Shown piece after piece: positions 51,901-61,479 of a stretch of 64,000 bases of DNA. A program made the translations under genes and the position numbers. The notes beneath the pieces are model-generated. The model was not told where the DNA came from. It was given only the letters and a program-made list of their open reading frames with translations, and searched no databases. The DNA comes from Iphione sp. A-MEVVRFRX5 (taxonomy: Eukaryota). Numbering within the stretch: position 1 is the first letter of the stretch; each line of letters begins with the position of its first letter. The DNA is taken from the NCBI GenBank assembly GCA_976226885.1, contig OZ320321.1, positions 60,574,001-60,638,000 on the forward strand. The letters run 5' to 3'.

Positions 51901-54900
51901 TTAAAAATAAGAGTAGAGGACAACCCCATGTATTACTGTCTCTTAATTTTCAATAACAGATGGTAGTATACTAATCCAACTCTGCCAAAGCTGGCCCTAA
52001 GCTTGGTTGCAAAAGGAGGAGGGTTAGGCATGGGGCTAGCACCCCCATCCTATAAAAAAAAGCTATAACTACAGAAACCAACACTGCAAAGTCGACATCA
52101 GATTGTGATCGTTTGTGTCATCCGGAGCCTACACAGAGACACCCGCTGCAGTCCAAAACGCCAACTTGTCACCATCACCATACAATGCCAGTCTAAATAA
52201 ATGTGAATAATAATCCTTTGAGGTCAACACGTGAGCGAGGTAAGAATGCCTGCCATCTCCACTAATCTTGTGATGGACTGGGTGATGAAGACCAGAATGG
52301 ACCAACCCAGAGGCATACAATGAATCCTCATGAGAGAACTTGAATATCCTGACTTTGCCAACAACATCGCCCTCCCATCGCACTCTCAAGGTAACATGCA
52401 AGACAAACAGAGAGGCAAAGCATTGTCACCAGGACTACAGGACTGGAGATCAACACAAGGAAACCAAAGAGCCTGTGGGTCAACATCACACAGGAAGCAC
52501 TGATCAACATCGGTGGACAGGCCTTAGATGATGTTGACCACCTCAGCTACCTGGGCAGCATTATCAGCAAGATGGGAGGAGTTGATGAAGATGTAAAGGC
52601 CAGTATCAGCAGGGCATGTCATGTTTTAGCCACCCTCAGACAAGTATGGAGGAATAAAAACATCAGCCTGCACACCAAGCTAAGGCTATTCAACACTTAC
52701 GTCAAGTCCATGTTATTCTATGGTTTGGAAACATGGAGATGCACAAAGAGGCTGGACAACAAGGAACTCATGTACCAGATGAAGCAAGACCCAATTAACA
52801 AGAGTATCCAGATGAGGAAGTACATATGGGTTGGACACACCTAGTGTGGAGGACAGATCCACATTCCACACTATGTCCTCAGCTAGAATCCACACGGAAA
52901 GCAGAAGAGATGACCAGTCACCACCTGGAGAAAAACTCTACAGGCAGAACTCAAACTCATCAACATGACCTGGGGTGAAGCCAAGAGAAGAGCCCAAGAC
53001 AGAATGAGATGGAGATATGCGGTGCAGGCCATATGTTCTGACAGAAACAAAGATGACTACGTAAGTATGCTACTCGAGGATGATATGAAAAAAAAACAAA
53101 CAAAAAAAACAGGTATGATGATGCACTGCCTTGGCAGAAGAATGGCTCATTGTTGGGCCCTGTGCCCTATACCTAAATAATCACTCCATAAATTTTGGAA
53201 CAGGTATTGTTGGCCTCATGATGCTATGCAGTTCACAAAAACATCAATGATCAAGACATGGACGAGTGGAAACACAGGTTTGAAACATTTCACAGTAGTT
53301 GTTTTTTCTCCCCTGAGGAGCCTGCGAAGGATCAGTCAGGGGAAGCAGTGGTTTCAAGTGGATTGTTTAGGAAGATGCACGGTGGCAAGGGATACNNNNN
53401 NNNNNNNNNNNNNNNNNNNNNNNNNNNNNNNNNNNNNNNNNNNNNNNNNNNNNNNNNNNNNNNNNNNNNNNNNNNNNNNNNNNNNNNNNNNNNNNNNNNN
53501 NNNNNNNNNNNNNNNNNNNNNNNNNNNNNNNNNNNNNNNNNNNNNNNNNNNNNNNNNNNNNNNNNNNNNNNNNNNNGAAGCTGGGTACTTTGTAAAGGCA
53601 AAGGCAAGTTCTTTTGGCATTTGACAACCAGAACAGACAGTGATATGAAAAGTTTATGTATCATAGCCAATGCTCTCCTGATACAAGAAGGTAGTAACAG
53701 TTTGCATTGGCAATTACATTGGTTACTGTATCCCACGCGTATAACTGTGTACATCACAAAAACCGACGTACCAGCAAAATAATGGGAAATATGTAAAAAA
53801 AAAAAAAAAAAAAAAAAAAAAGGGAGGGAGGGAGGGAACAACTCCTTCCACTGATTAGTTACTCAGTTGAGGGAGGGGCCAGACTGACGGGAACCTGATA
53901 CTGATCTGATGTAGGCCCCTCTCCTCTAGGGTCTCCCCTGCCATTTACATGACAGGTGTGATTTCTGTCTACTTCTGCCACATATCATCTAAGTAGTGCA
54001 GGTCAGTCCCCAAAATGCTAGACTTTGACTGATCTTCGCTGATTGCACTTCATAGTACAACATGTACCTAAACTAACAACTACACTTCTCATTCACAAGA
54101 AGTTAATATTTTTCCAGTTTGTTGCCTTCTATCCTCCCTACATGCATGGAAGCAAGGCAATTTCACCTACTACCTTTCCTTTTGTGCCCCCCCCCTCAAC
54201 TTCCACTTTTTTCTATAAACGTACCTCTTTTACAAGTTCCGAGACCAGTGAGACTAACAAACCGGTACTTGCAAACAAGTTTCTGACTTTCAAGTTATAT
54301 GGAGGTATATGACTGGAAAGATTTAAATTTGGCTATTACTACTTAATTACAATGTCACTAGGTACCTGCCAAAAAAAGACACAGTTGAATATTTTAGTAT
54401 ATTATCAATTTCGCACTGGAGAATGGTCCACTAAAATCGACAGTTGATATAAACAACGTAAAGCATACATTAAATGTGTCTATGGCAACTGGTATGTGAA
54501 GAAAGGGAAACTAAATGTATGACTACGACCGCATGCTCAGTGTGGTTGAGCAAGTTGAAAAGACGGACCGTCTTTCTTCGCTAATTGTCCTGGATTTACA
54601 GTAAATGGTTACTGTATGGAAGAAAAGTACCTAACCTAAAACCAACTGCTACATCACCATCCTTCACTGATATACCCGTATGTACTTGGGAGAAAAATCT
54701 ATTTATGTGCATTTTTCATGTTGAATTCTACCATAATTGTGTAAAAAATATACAAAGACTAAGATCTTGAGATTTATTCCTTTATACGATACTGCCACTA
54801 TTCTCGGAGCTATCTATATGTTCCTGGTTCCACTGGCTTTGAGCTGAGGTCGGAAAATACCAGCTTCACGCTTTCAGTGGTCAGCCCTACCAACAGAAAA

Positions 54901-55060
54901 TAGCCAAACTTATTTCTACCAGTCTGCCCACGTAACTGAATATTTTGATACAAAACGTGTTAAGCCTCCATCCTGTTACATGTTCCCCCATTAAAAATGT
55001 ACCTTTACCACTTGCACAAAGGTCTGACGGCGTAACCAAATGTTCTGTAAAGAGCACATA

Positions 55061-55104
<44 letters not shown>

Positions 55105-58100
55105 ATAAACTTTAAAAAGCCTCCGTTTCTTCGGAACCATTTCTTTCATCCTCTGAACTACTTACTTTCCACACCTTAACTATAACCTTTAAACAAAACA
55201 CTTACAAGACACTCACTGACCGGGATCTACTGCCACCCTGCTTGTCTGCTCCTCGCACGGACCGTATCAGCATGATTGCCCTCTATACTGTCCCTTTCTG
55301 ATTATCCTGAATTCTATAAACCTTTTTATCAGAATCCTTCGGTATCAGACAGGAGGGGCAGGTCAAGAACCACTTATCCAGACCACTCAAGTGTACATTA
55401 GTTACGAGTGATGCTCCTGATGAACCACTCACCACAAAGCAGGGTCCCCACTCAAATTTCATCTTCAAATTCCCTGTGTTTTCCCTGAGTTTTCCCTGTG
55501 CCATGGCAGTTTTCCCTGTGCCATGGCAGTTTTCCCTGTGTTGGTTTCTGTAAAACCTTATATGACAGAGCTTTGAATTATCAAATTATAATTCAAGTTT
55601 GGTGTTCTCTAGCATGGAATATGTATCCTATTTGTAGCATGAGTTACAAAATCCAGTGTCAGGTACAGGAATGTGAAACTTAGAACTACAATTTTTTTAT
55701 ATTCTCAATTCTGTAACTTATACTTACTCCAGCATGAACAGGCTATCATGCTGTCAGAAAGCCGAAAGGAAAATAGAAACAGTTAATGTTTATGACTGCC
55801 ATGAAGTATTTCTTACTATTTAATTATATATGGATGATTTTCTAACTAATGCTGTAGACTAGTGATTTCTTTTAATTGATTTTCAGAATTTTTCTCCCTG
55901 TGTTTTCCTTGTGTTTGCCCCAAATTTTCAAATTCCCTGTGTTTTCTCAGACAGGGAATTTTTTGGCCATTTTCCCTGTTTTCCCTGTGCAGTGGGGACC
56001 CTGACAAAGGTACTGAATTAGATCGGTGAGTGGAAAGAAAGACAGATGGATAGACGGACAGACAACGATATGTGTTTGTGAGTGCACAGACATAAGCCGG
56101 CAGGAAGGCTAGGCACAGAAGGCAGCAGAGCCACCATTCACCCAGTCCTAACATGACTTCTCATGCGGACAATCCAACATGAAAGGAGATGTAACATCCA
56201 AGCTGCCTACTATCCGCTGGTAGGTTAGAGTAGAGAAGCCTCAATGCGACACCATGTAGGCAACAAGAACTGTGTTTACATCTGTTCGGGTTTTCAGTAC
56301 CTTCTTCATAATGAGGTGAAGTCAACACTTTACACAGTCGAACATTTCAGTGTATTTTGGTGAGTCCTTAGTTTAAGAGACGATACCGGCACAAAACTGT
56401 GTCGAGTCTAATGCTGGGAAGGTAAGGTGATTGGCTAGACACTCAACTTCAAGTCAAATGTAACAAACCAATGGAATTTGTCACAGAGATCGGAATTCGC
56501 CGTGAGCTCCTTAGACAAACTACCAAAAATTCACATACAGCTGCATTAGACATTTGTCTATCTGACACTGACTGTATAAAATCTACATATTACCTAAGAA
56601 TAGTACATGTATTGCAAACCTAGGGAGGCATCTGTGAAAGAAATATATGTACGTACTACACTGAGCCGATACAAATCCAAGGACAACACATGAGTTTAGC
56701 TGAGCTGACTGAGCATCATCTAGCAATAACCACAAGGCTCAGGTTGGAAGGACTCACAGGATTACAAATAATTATTTGTATATGTGCTCCACGACCTATA
56801 CTTCGACTCAAGTACAGATACTATTTGACAATGACACACCAGATTTATATTCGTCTACTACTGTGCCAGCTTTTGGAGACAACCGAATCAGATTTTCATC
56901 CTGTAGATACTACACGTACGGTTAATTTATTTACCAGCTGTTCTGCCCTTAATCAACACGACTGATAGACCACTGGGAAGAAACATATGAACAGAAGTAG
57001 TTGAATGACAGTCGGAGGTTGCTGGATTCTAGAGTACACTCTTCTTTACCACTGCGGGCAATATGGGCGCCTTCACTAGTATCTACACGTACCGGTGTTT
57101 ATATCCCCTCTCAATTTTCATACTAGGCTTTTTACAAAATAAGTCAAATAAAGTTTTGAATAAATGCATCCAAAACTTAAAAGAAAATCGCATGAAAAGG
57201 GCACTGATCAACTACCAGGCTGGTCATGCAACCGGAGAGGATATTCTGCCACTTTCAGTCCATATGGGGCCACACCCACAGGAGGCGGCAAACAGCCATC
57301 AACAAAAATGTCTACGTCTCAATTCTAAGACAACGTATGTACTGTGTATTCCACATTTATTTGTGGTTCTTTTCTGTTATCTATTGGGAAAAAATACGTT
57401 GTTCTCCGAATTCAGAAAGATATTCTTGTAATATTCTTGGATTAAAAGGTTAAGCTGAGGTTAATGCCCTAGTCCAGATAATGTGAATAAAGGCATAGTA
57501 TAGGGCACTGTGCAGGGACTGGGGTAGCAGTGAGGGTTTTGTGGATGCAACCTCCCTGTTGGGTTCTTTTTTTAAATCTTTATTCACTCTGGAGCATTAT
57601 ACATAGGATTGTATGTAAACCCAGGTTCACACCGAAACTCAAGAATTATCTTTATGTTCTGTTCTGTTAATCTAAGGTTCTTATTGAAAGAAAATTATCA
57701 TTAACTGCTCGTGAGCACACTCCGGAAACCACTTTGTAAAGTGACACTGCTGCTCCATAAACCATATTTGAATTTGAATTTGATTATTACCAGCTCTTTC
57801 AGCTAAATTAAAAAAAGGCTGAACCGATACAGAAACCATCGAGAAGACTGTGCAGAAAAACACAGGAATGTACAGACATGTGGATCTATACGAAGCACAG
57901 TCGCTCAGTTAGCTCGGAACACCTCACTAAACCCTTGCTACACAGATTCTGTAGGCCGATGTCAGACTGTCTATCGTCGTTGGTCGATTTATTTCGGGTT
58001 CTATGTAAACCTTTTCCAGGAGATACCAATAACCAGTTAGGGTGACATTTTGACCAGGGTGACATTTTGACCTGTCCCCCCAATAAACAGGCATATCGAG

Positions 58101-58583
58101 GGAATACTACTACTAACCCCAAATCACAACGACAACTCTATTATGCTAAAACTCAACTTGTATTTCCTGTATTATCATTTATTAGTGCAGAGCTGCTTAC
58201 CTGATAACCACAGGTGCACGGGAAGAAATTAATATCGTCTAATTCCAGTGGTTCCATGCACAAGGGGCACTGAAATGGGAAGTGAAGAAGATACAGCATA
58301 AACAGATTTTTTTTGTTGCTGTTTAAAATAACAAAATTAGTGAAACGGTTTGTTTACAGAGAGAAACTAAGTAAAACAATACGTAATAATTAAATATCTC
58401 CGTGAATACATTGATACGAAGATGGAGGAACTAATGGACGATCGGATGGGAATAATGGACAGCGGGTATACTGGTAGGCCAAGGGAAAAGCAAGAAGGAA
58501 AAGTGAATTCAGAAAGCAGACATTATCAAAATATCCAGGAGCGGTTATTAACTTACTTCGGTTTGTTCTTCTCCAACAGACAT
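1961..58583 (-). CDS. CNOT4: CCR4-NOT transcription complex subunit 4 (NOT4 E3 ubiquitin ligase), multi-exon span. Coding exons in transcript order: 58557-58583, 58201-58269, 49560-49625, 24744-24790, 18976-19065, 17279-17426, 10586-10750, 10292-10359, 9677-9877, 8784-9203, 7997-8334, 7055-7522, 6241-6371, 5707-5899, 4308-4436, 2605-2712, 1961-2062; final exon unresolved
   Basis: Spliced translation MSVGEEQTE-CPLCMEPLELDDINFFPCTCGYQ-ICRFCWHRIRTDENGLCPACRK-QYPEDPAEFKPLTEDE-LQRIKKE...VR-VVQRNLVFVVGLSQRLADPE... matches the recognisable C4C4 RING, coiled coil, RRM and C3H1 finger of metazoan NOT4. It also carries the C-terminal motifs DWQAAFGF, DDLGFDP..KALADLIEKE, WQDGLRALLPNINI.FG, WDPAI, DD.PHW..SL..LTE and PPPGF. 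All readable junctions are GT..AG and phase-consistent. Confidence 0.97.
2605..2712 (-). CDS. CNOT4: CNOT4 exon SGVSDDTPHWMASLHHLTEDTTNHRLPFVHQFPFR
   Basis: tgttttttttcccaaag / G|gtacgt, 108 nt; resembles DDNPPHWLKSLQALTE. Confidence 0.9.
4308..4436 (-). CDS. CNOT4: CNOT4 exon DWSTSTT...PLADMPWDPAIVISGSIAD
   Basis: caattttttcag / A|gtaagt, 129 nt; WDPAI resembles vertebrate WTDPAII. Confidence 0.88.
5707..5899 (-). CDS. CNOT4: CNOT4 exon NDAFNTKDWQDGLRALLPNINISFG plus poly-Q
   Basis: ttgtttttaatcag / G|gtaagt, 193 nt; frame not in ORF track; matches KEWQDGLRALLPNININFG of long human NOT4. Confidence 0.93.
6241..6371 (-). CDS. CNOT4: CNOT4 exon ISKTMNLPF...DNQTPPTQ
   Basis: ctcgtctttttccag / CAG|gtgcgc, 131 nt; supplies the needed phase 1 to phase 0 bridge. 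Confidence 0.8.
7055..7522 (-). CDS. CNOT4: CNOT4 exon with TIPVSSTTDWQAAFGF and the CAF40-binding motif DDDLGFDPWDESSKALADLIEKES
   Basis: ttttcgtttggcacag / G|gtgagg, 468 nt; conserved metazoan motifs. Confidence 0.95.
7749..7960. repeat. Degenerate 32-bp tandem repeat, about 6 copies
   Basis: Unit like CTACAA(A/T)GACAAGTGCAGCAGTGTCAACTATG, decaying towards 7960. Confidence 0.75.
7997..8334 (-). CDS. CNOT4: CNOT4 exon KSKGSQNN...RRSPFNSADSMSLFSNSGF...VHIA
   Basis: ctcttttcccctcttcgaacag / G|gtacgt, 338 nt; RSPF...SLFS resembles vertebrate NOT4. Confidence 0.85.
8784..9203 (-). CDS. CNOT4: CNOT4 low-complexity exon (KKLSSPPT...KEAWPSL...poly-G, poly-S, His-rich...HSLGN)
   Basis: Acceptor ctcctccacag and open frame to the N gap. 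The last read base (8783) is G, which is the phase-2 donor position needed, so the donor T is inferred to lie in the gap. Confidence 0.8.
9677..9877 (-). CDS. CNOT4: CNOT4 exon KHQEYEQKLYETFMNSQN...SSSSKAQR
   Basis: ttcttattgcag / AG|gtacgt, 201 nt; KHQEYEQKL is conserved. Confidence 0.92.
10292..10359 (-). CDS. CNOT4: CNOT4 C3H1 finger exon (DCMYLHELGEEAASFTKEEMQQG)
   Basis: tttttgtcttttag / GG|gttagt, 68 nt. Confidence 0.96.
10586..10750 (-). CDS. CNOT4: CNOT4 RRM exon b and start of C3H1 finger (GPSASAYVTY...GTTKYCSHFLRGAQCPKP)
   Basis: 165 nt, phase 0-0, ttttcctcgcag / CCA|gtgagt. Confidence 0.97.
17279..17426 (-). CDS. CNOT4: CNOT4 RRM exon a (VVQRNLVFVVGLSQRLADPEVLKKHEYFGKFGKIHKVVINHSTSYAGAQ)
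   Basis: Near-invariant NOT4 RRM sequence; cag acceptor, CAG|gtgcgt donor. Confidence 0.97.
18976..19065 (-). CDS. CNOT4: CNOT4 coiled-coil exon (LQRIKKERRQKDLQRKQKAAENRKHLANVR)
   Basis: Acceptor tcttcctccttccag, donor AG|gtaaga, 90 nt; missed by the ORF track frame. Confidence 0.95.
22330..22545. repeat. (TAGG)n microsatellite with degenerate flanks
   Basis: Visible tetranucleotide run next to an N gap. Confidence 0.95.
24744..24790 (-). CDS. CNOT4: CNOT4 linker exon (QYPEDPAEFKPLTEDE)
   Basis: Acceptor cttgtctacttgcag, donor GA|gtaagt, 47 nt; resembles vertebrate PYPEDPA..KPL..EE. Confidence 0.95.
28125..28172. repeat. (CA)n microsatellite
   Basis: Visible run. Confidence 0.95.
28640..28897 (-). 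mobile_element. tRNA-derived SINE-like element, second copy
   Basis: T-arm/B-box CAGG-TTCAAT-CCTG and shared blocks with 51745-51975. Confidence 0.7.
29203..30385. repeat. 38-bp minisatellite, about 31 copies
   Basis: Unit CACCTCTGTAGTGAGTAGACTGTATGAGTGGTTGCAGT, head to tail with no spacers. Confidence 0.97.
47996..48272. mobile_element. Non-autonomous TIR DNA transposon (MITE), copy 1, 277 bp
   Basis: 13-bp TIR CAGGGTCCCCACT (one mismatch), 6-bp TSD TATAGA on both sides, subterminal TTTTCCCTGTG repeats. Confidence 0.9.
48910..48975. repeat. (TTTC)n microsatellite
   Basis: Visible run. Confidence 0.95.
49560..49625 (-). CDS. CNOT4: CNOT4 RING exon b (ICRFCWHRIRTDENGLCPACRK)
   Basis: Acceptor tttaaatccag, donor AAG|gtaagg, 66 nt. 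Confidence 0.97.
51745..51975 (+). mobile_element. tRNA-derived SINE-like head and body, abutting the RTE 5' end
   Basis: Colinear with the reverse complement of 28640-28890 (TGACTAGCACTGGTCCACTGA, TTACTGTAGCCCCAA, TTCTATCCCCTATGCA blocks). Confidence 0.7.
51985..53066 (+). mobile_element. Degenerate, internally deleted RTE-clade LINE
   Basis: RTE-type 5' segment AAGGAGGAGGGTTAGGCATGGGGCTAGCACCCC, decayed RT (LVMDWVMK..., DFANNIAL for the DFADD motif, SYLGSIIS, KLRLFNTYVKSMLFYGLETW, RKYIWVGH, TWRKT..AEL..MTWGEAKRRAQDRMRWR), TAAGTA-like tail. Confidence 0.9.
55064..55097. repeat. (TA)n microsatellite
   Basis: Visible run. Confidence 0.95.
55440..56003. mobile_element. Same TIR family, copy 2, 564 bp
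   Basis: Perfect TIR CAGGGTCCCCACT...AGTGGGGACCCTG, 6-bp TSD ACAAAG on both sides; arms closely similar to copy 1. Confidence 0.92.
58201..58269 (-). CDS. CNOT4: CNOT4 RING exon a (CPLCMEPLELDDINFFPCTCGYQ)
   Basis: Acceptor cttcccatttcag, donor CAG|gtaagc, 69 nt. Confidence 0.97.
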
Positions 58584-58613
58584 GTTGATCACAGACCACG
58601 GGGAAGGTACAAG
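58557..58613 (-). CDS. CNOT4: CNOT4 first coding exon (CDS 58557-58583, MSVGEEQTE)
   Basis: Acceptor ctttactttccag, CAAC-ATG-T start context, donor GAA|gtaagt, phase 0 into CPLC. Confidence 0.85.
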
Positions 58614-59991
58614 CTGGAAAGTAAAGGCACTTGCTGTTAAGTACGCATTTATCAGGGGGGAATTTCCTATCTAACTAAACATAACTTCTGAGTGATATAA
58701 CTTCCTCCTTTGTGGTCTGTCGAATAGCTGTATCCGACGAGCAGTAAAACGATGACTATCAAATAATGTTTAATAACATTCTGCAACAGAAACCATCGTA
58801 AACTTAATGTTTTACAGAGTCTGACATACGGTTTAATTGATAAGATCATCCCCTCACCCCCTATATGAGTCTGTCTCTATGGGTCAGGATCACGAAACTA
58901 TGACAACGTATACGTATATGATGACTTATAATCGTAACAAGAATTATGTATATACATATGCAACGTAATTCAGGGCTTCAAACCAGTGAGAAAAGTACGT
59001 AATGAGTCACTGTTAGATAGAATGCTTTCAATTATTGCAATAATTTAAGAGTTCCACTGATATAAACTAGCCCAATATGGCTTCATAATATGGACATAGT
59101 GATGCATGCACAAACGGATCCTTATCTGTACAGACAATTTTCAAATTCTTTAAGCGTTGAGTGGACTGTGCCTGCGCTATCTGCTATCAAAAACGTTCAG
59201 TGTCAGCCTATCGCTGAACTTGTTTGGCCTGCAAGTTTTACGCGATGTTGAACTTAATCTCTTTAGTTTATACCATTCATAACAATCCACCTGCTGAATT
59301 GGAAAGACCGAACGAATACTTTTATCGACATCTCTCATTATTTGGGCATTCTGCAGGCCTTCGCTGCTTTGAGGGGGGAGTGGTTATTTCGGGTTCGACA
59401 ATGAAAGGTTCTCTGACAGGAATACACGAACTGTCACACATCCACTTTGATTTCACTGTCAACAAACACGATGTGCATTGAAACCAAAAACACCAAGCGT
59501 AGAACCAAAATAGTGTTCTTCAGGAGCCATCTATGGACTCTACATAATTATGTAAAGTTGTGATTTTTCTGTTTTCATATCCTAAGTAGACGAAAAAGAA
59601 TTTGTTCATATTCCGAACTGAATCAAAACTGGGTTATCGCGCAGGCTGTTCTGTGGCGACAACTACGTCATAGATACCAGCCATGTTTCTTTCTGTGTTA
59701 AGCCCAAAATGAGGACATGGTGAATTTTCTTTACTCAAAATACATATACAACACTATACCCGCAGGGGTAAATCTGATCAGTGATATAAATTGTATTTTG
59801 GCTAAAATCTAAAGCCAAGATTCCTCCATAACTGAAGGTGACCTTAGACTGAGTTTACAAGTGAAATTTTAAATTGATTTCATATGGAAAGTCATCTTCA
59901 TGTAGGCTTGTGGTTTTCCTTGATGTTTATACTATATCATGGTTTTTGAACGGGCATCCCAAGCGCTTGCTGTTACTCAAATTTTACTTAC

Positions 59992-60250
59992 GAACTGGAC
60001 AAGTCTCAGCGATTCCTTTCGGGAACTTGATATTTGACGACAAATGTAAAGCGTCTGCGCACGATTTTCACGCAGGATACCCGGATGTGCCAGGTATTTC
60101 CTCTAGTGATAAGAATGATTAATTATTACCATGCTAATTTATAACGCACATTAGCATTCAAGTACATACAAATGTACTATTTACTGCATAACTTACAAAA
60201 TTAATTTTCCTGAAATTTCTCGTGAGACTGAGATAGTTATTCAAGATGGC
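59992..60250 (-). other. CNOT4: Candidate CNOT4 5'-UTR exons (about 60197-60250 and 59992-60102)
   Basis: Two GTAAGT donors (plus-strand acttac at 60191 and 59986) and a cattcttatcactag acceptor between the ATG exon, which has its own acceptor, and the promoter core. Confidence 0.4.
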
Positions 60251-60275
60251 GTTGTCGGCAGTAAAGAACTTCCGG
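60242..60275. promoter_or_regulatory. Putative bidirectional housekeeping promoter core: YY1 motif CAAGATGGCG (60242-60251) and ETS/GABP motif ACTTCCGG (60268-60275)
   Basis: Exact motif matches between two divergent genes. Confidence 0.65.
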
Positions 60276-60316
60276 TTGACCGAGTGAGTCGTGCTGAAAA
60301 CAATAACAGGACGAAA

Positions 60317-60367
60317 ATGTCATTTAAACGAGAAGGGAGTGATGACCAATGGCTTAACCTGCTGAAG
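60317..60367 (+). CDS. SCNM1: Sodium channel modifier 1 (minor spliceosome zinc-finger protein), first coding exon MSFKREGSDDQWLNLLK; remaining exons not found in the window
   Basis: AAA-ATG start and AAG|gtatgt donor. The 17 aa resemble the human SCNM1 N-terminus MSFKREGDDWSQLNVLK as recalled; the call rests on 17 residues only. Confidence 0.8.
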
Positions 60368-60649
60368 GTATGTACGATGGAATCTATCGATGGAAGCTTT
60401 CCCATTATTTTTTATATTAGCCCCTAATGTCCGCTTTAAAAATATGTATTGTTATTGTTTATTTAGTTTGTCTCGAAAGAGATCAAATTTAATCTTCACG
60501 AAGGTAGCTGTACAAGTGGAGAATGCTCAACCCTAAAGATGGGTCCCTGTGAATAAAAGCACACCATCCTGTGAAGACCTCTACAAAGGTATTCCTCTTG
60601 GTAAAGAGAGCATAAGTGATTTTACCCTAAGTGATTACCGGGTAGATTA

Positions 60650-61456
60650 CAGTATAGCGGACCCCTGCCGCCGCCGCCACCACCTCTATCTAGGTCAAGT
60701 GGTGGCGGCGGCGGCGGCGGCAACCAAGAGACCCAGGTTCAATTCCCACCCTAGGCAGGAGGCCCAGCTCTGCCCTTTTTACTCATGATGGTAGTCAAGA
60801 TGCAGTCAAGATTCTTAAAACAAAAAATAAAGGGGGTGGGGGGTTCCCCCCACCCTATTTAGTTGAGATGCAGTCATGATTCTTAAAACAAAAAATGAAG
60901 GGGGGGTGTGGTGGGTGTACTCTATTCAGTCAAGATGTAGTCAAGATTCTTCATACAAAAACTAAAGGGGGTGTGGGGGGTTCCCCCCCACCCTATTCAG
61001 TCAAGATGCAGTCATGATTCTTAAAACAAAAAATGAAGGGGGGTGTGGGGGGTTCCCCCCCACCCTTTTCAGTTAAAACAAACATTTCACATACACAGGA
61101 GGGTCACAGCATAGCTAATAACGCTTCACCAAGAATTCAAATCATCTGTAACGCTTAAAGAAAGAGGAAATAACGCTTCACCAAGAATTGTTTCCGAAAT
61201 AACGTTCACCAGTAAGCCCTTCATAATGCTTCATGCTTATTTATAGAGGCAAATAACGTTTTGTGCTGTTTTTCGATACCCCATACCGCTCCACCAGAAT
61301 AGGTGACACCCCCTGTACATACTTCCAATACTAAGGCCTCGGTGGTCTAGTGGTTAGAGTGCTTGCCGCTCCAGCCACCACCGCCACCGCCACCACCACA
61401 TGTGACCCAGTTACTGGTGTGGGCGGCGGCGGCGGCGACAGGGGTCCGCTATACTG
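60650..61456. mobile_element. TA-flanked MITE (Tc1/mariner-like ends) in SCNM1 intron 1
   Basis: Perfect 18-bp TIR CAGTATAGCGGACCCCTG, TA on both flanks, imperfect inverted similarity extending about 75 bp. Confidence 0.8.
60793..61075. repeat. Tandem repeat, 4 copies of about 68-72 bp, inside the MITE
   Basis: Unit AGTCAAGATGCAGTCA(A/T)GATTCTTAAAACAAAAAAT(A/G)AAGGGGGTG..GGGGTTCCCCCCACCCTATT. Confidence 0.9.
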
Positions 61457-61479
61457 TAAGTGCCCCTGGGGCAAGCAGA

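Larger units (their letters stand above)
8655..53576. other. Nine assembly gaps (about 8655-8782, 22160-22322, 25277-25425, 27421-27600, 36365-36532, 39059-39200, 45129-45276, 46225-46676, 53396-53576)
   Basis: Runs of N; ORFs crossing them are artefacts. Confidence 0.99.

Noticed and set aside
58422-58640. 72-aa plus-strand ORF
   Set aside because: Antisense shadow of the CNOT4 ATG exon with no recognisable features
61340-61380. tRNA gene
   Set aside because: Only an A-box/D-arm-like part; no anticodon or T arm, and it lies inside a MITE
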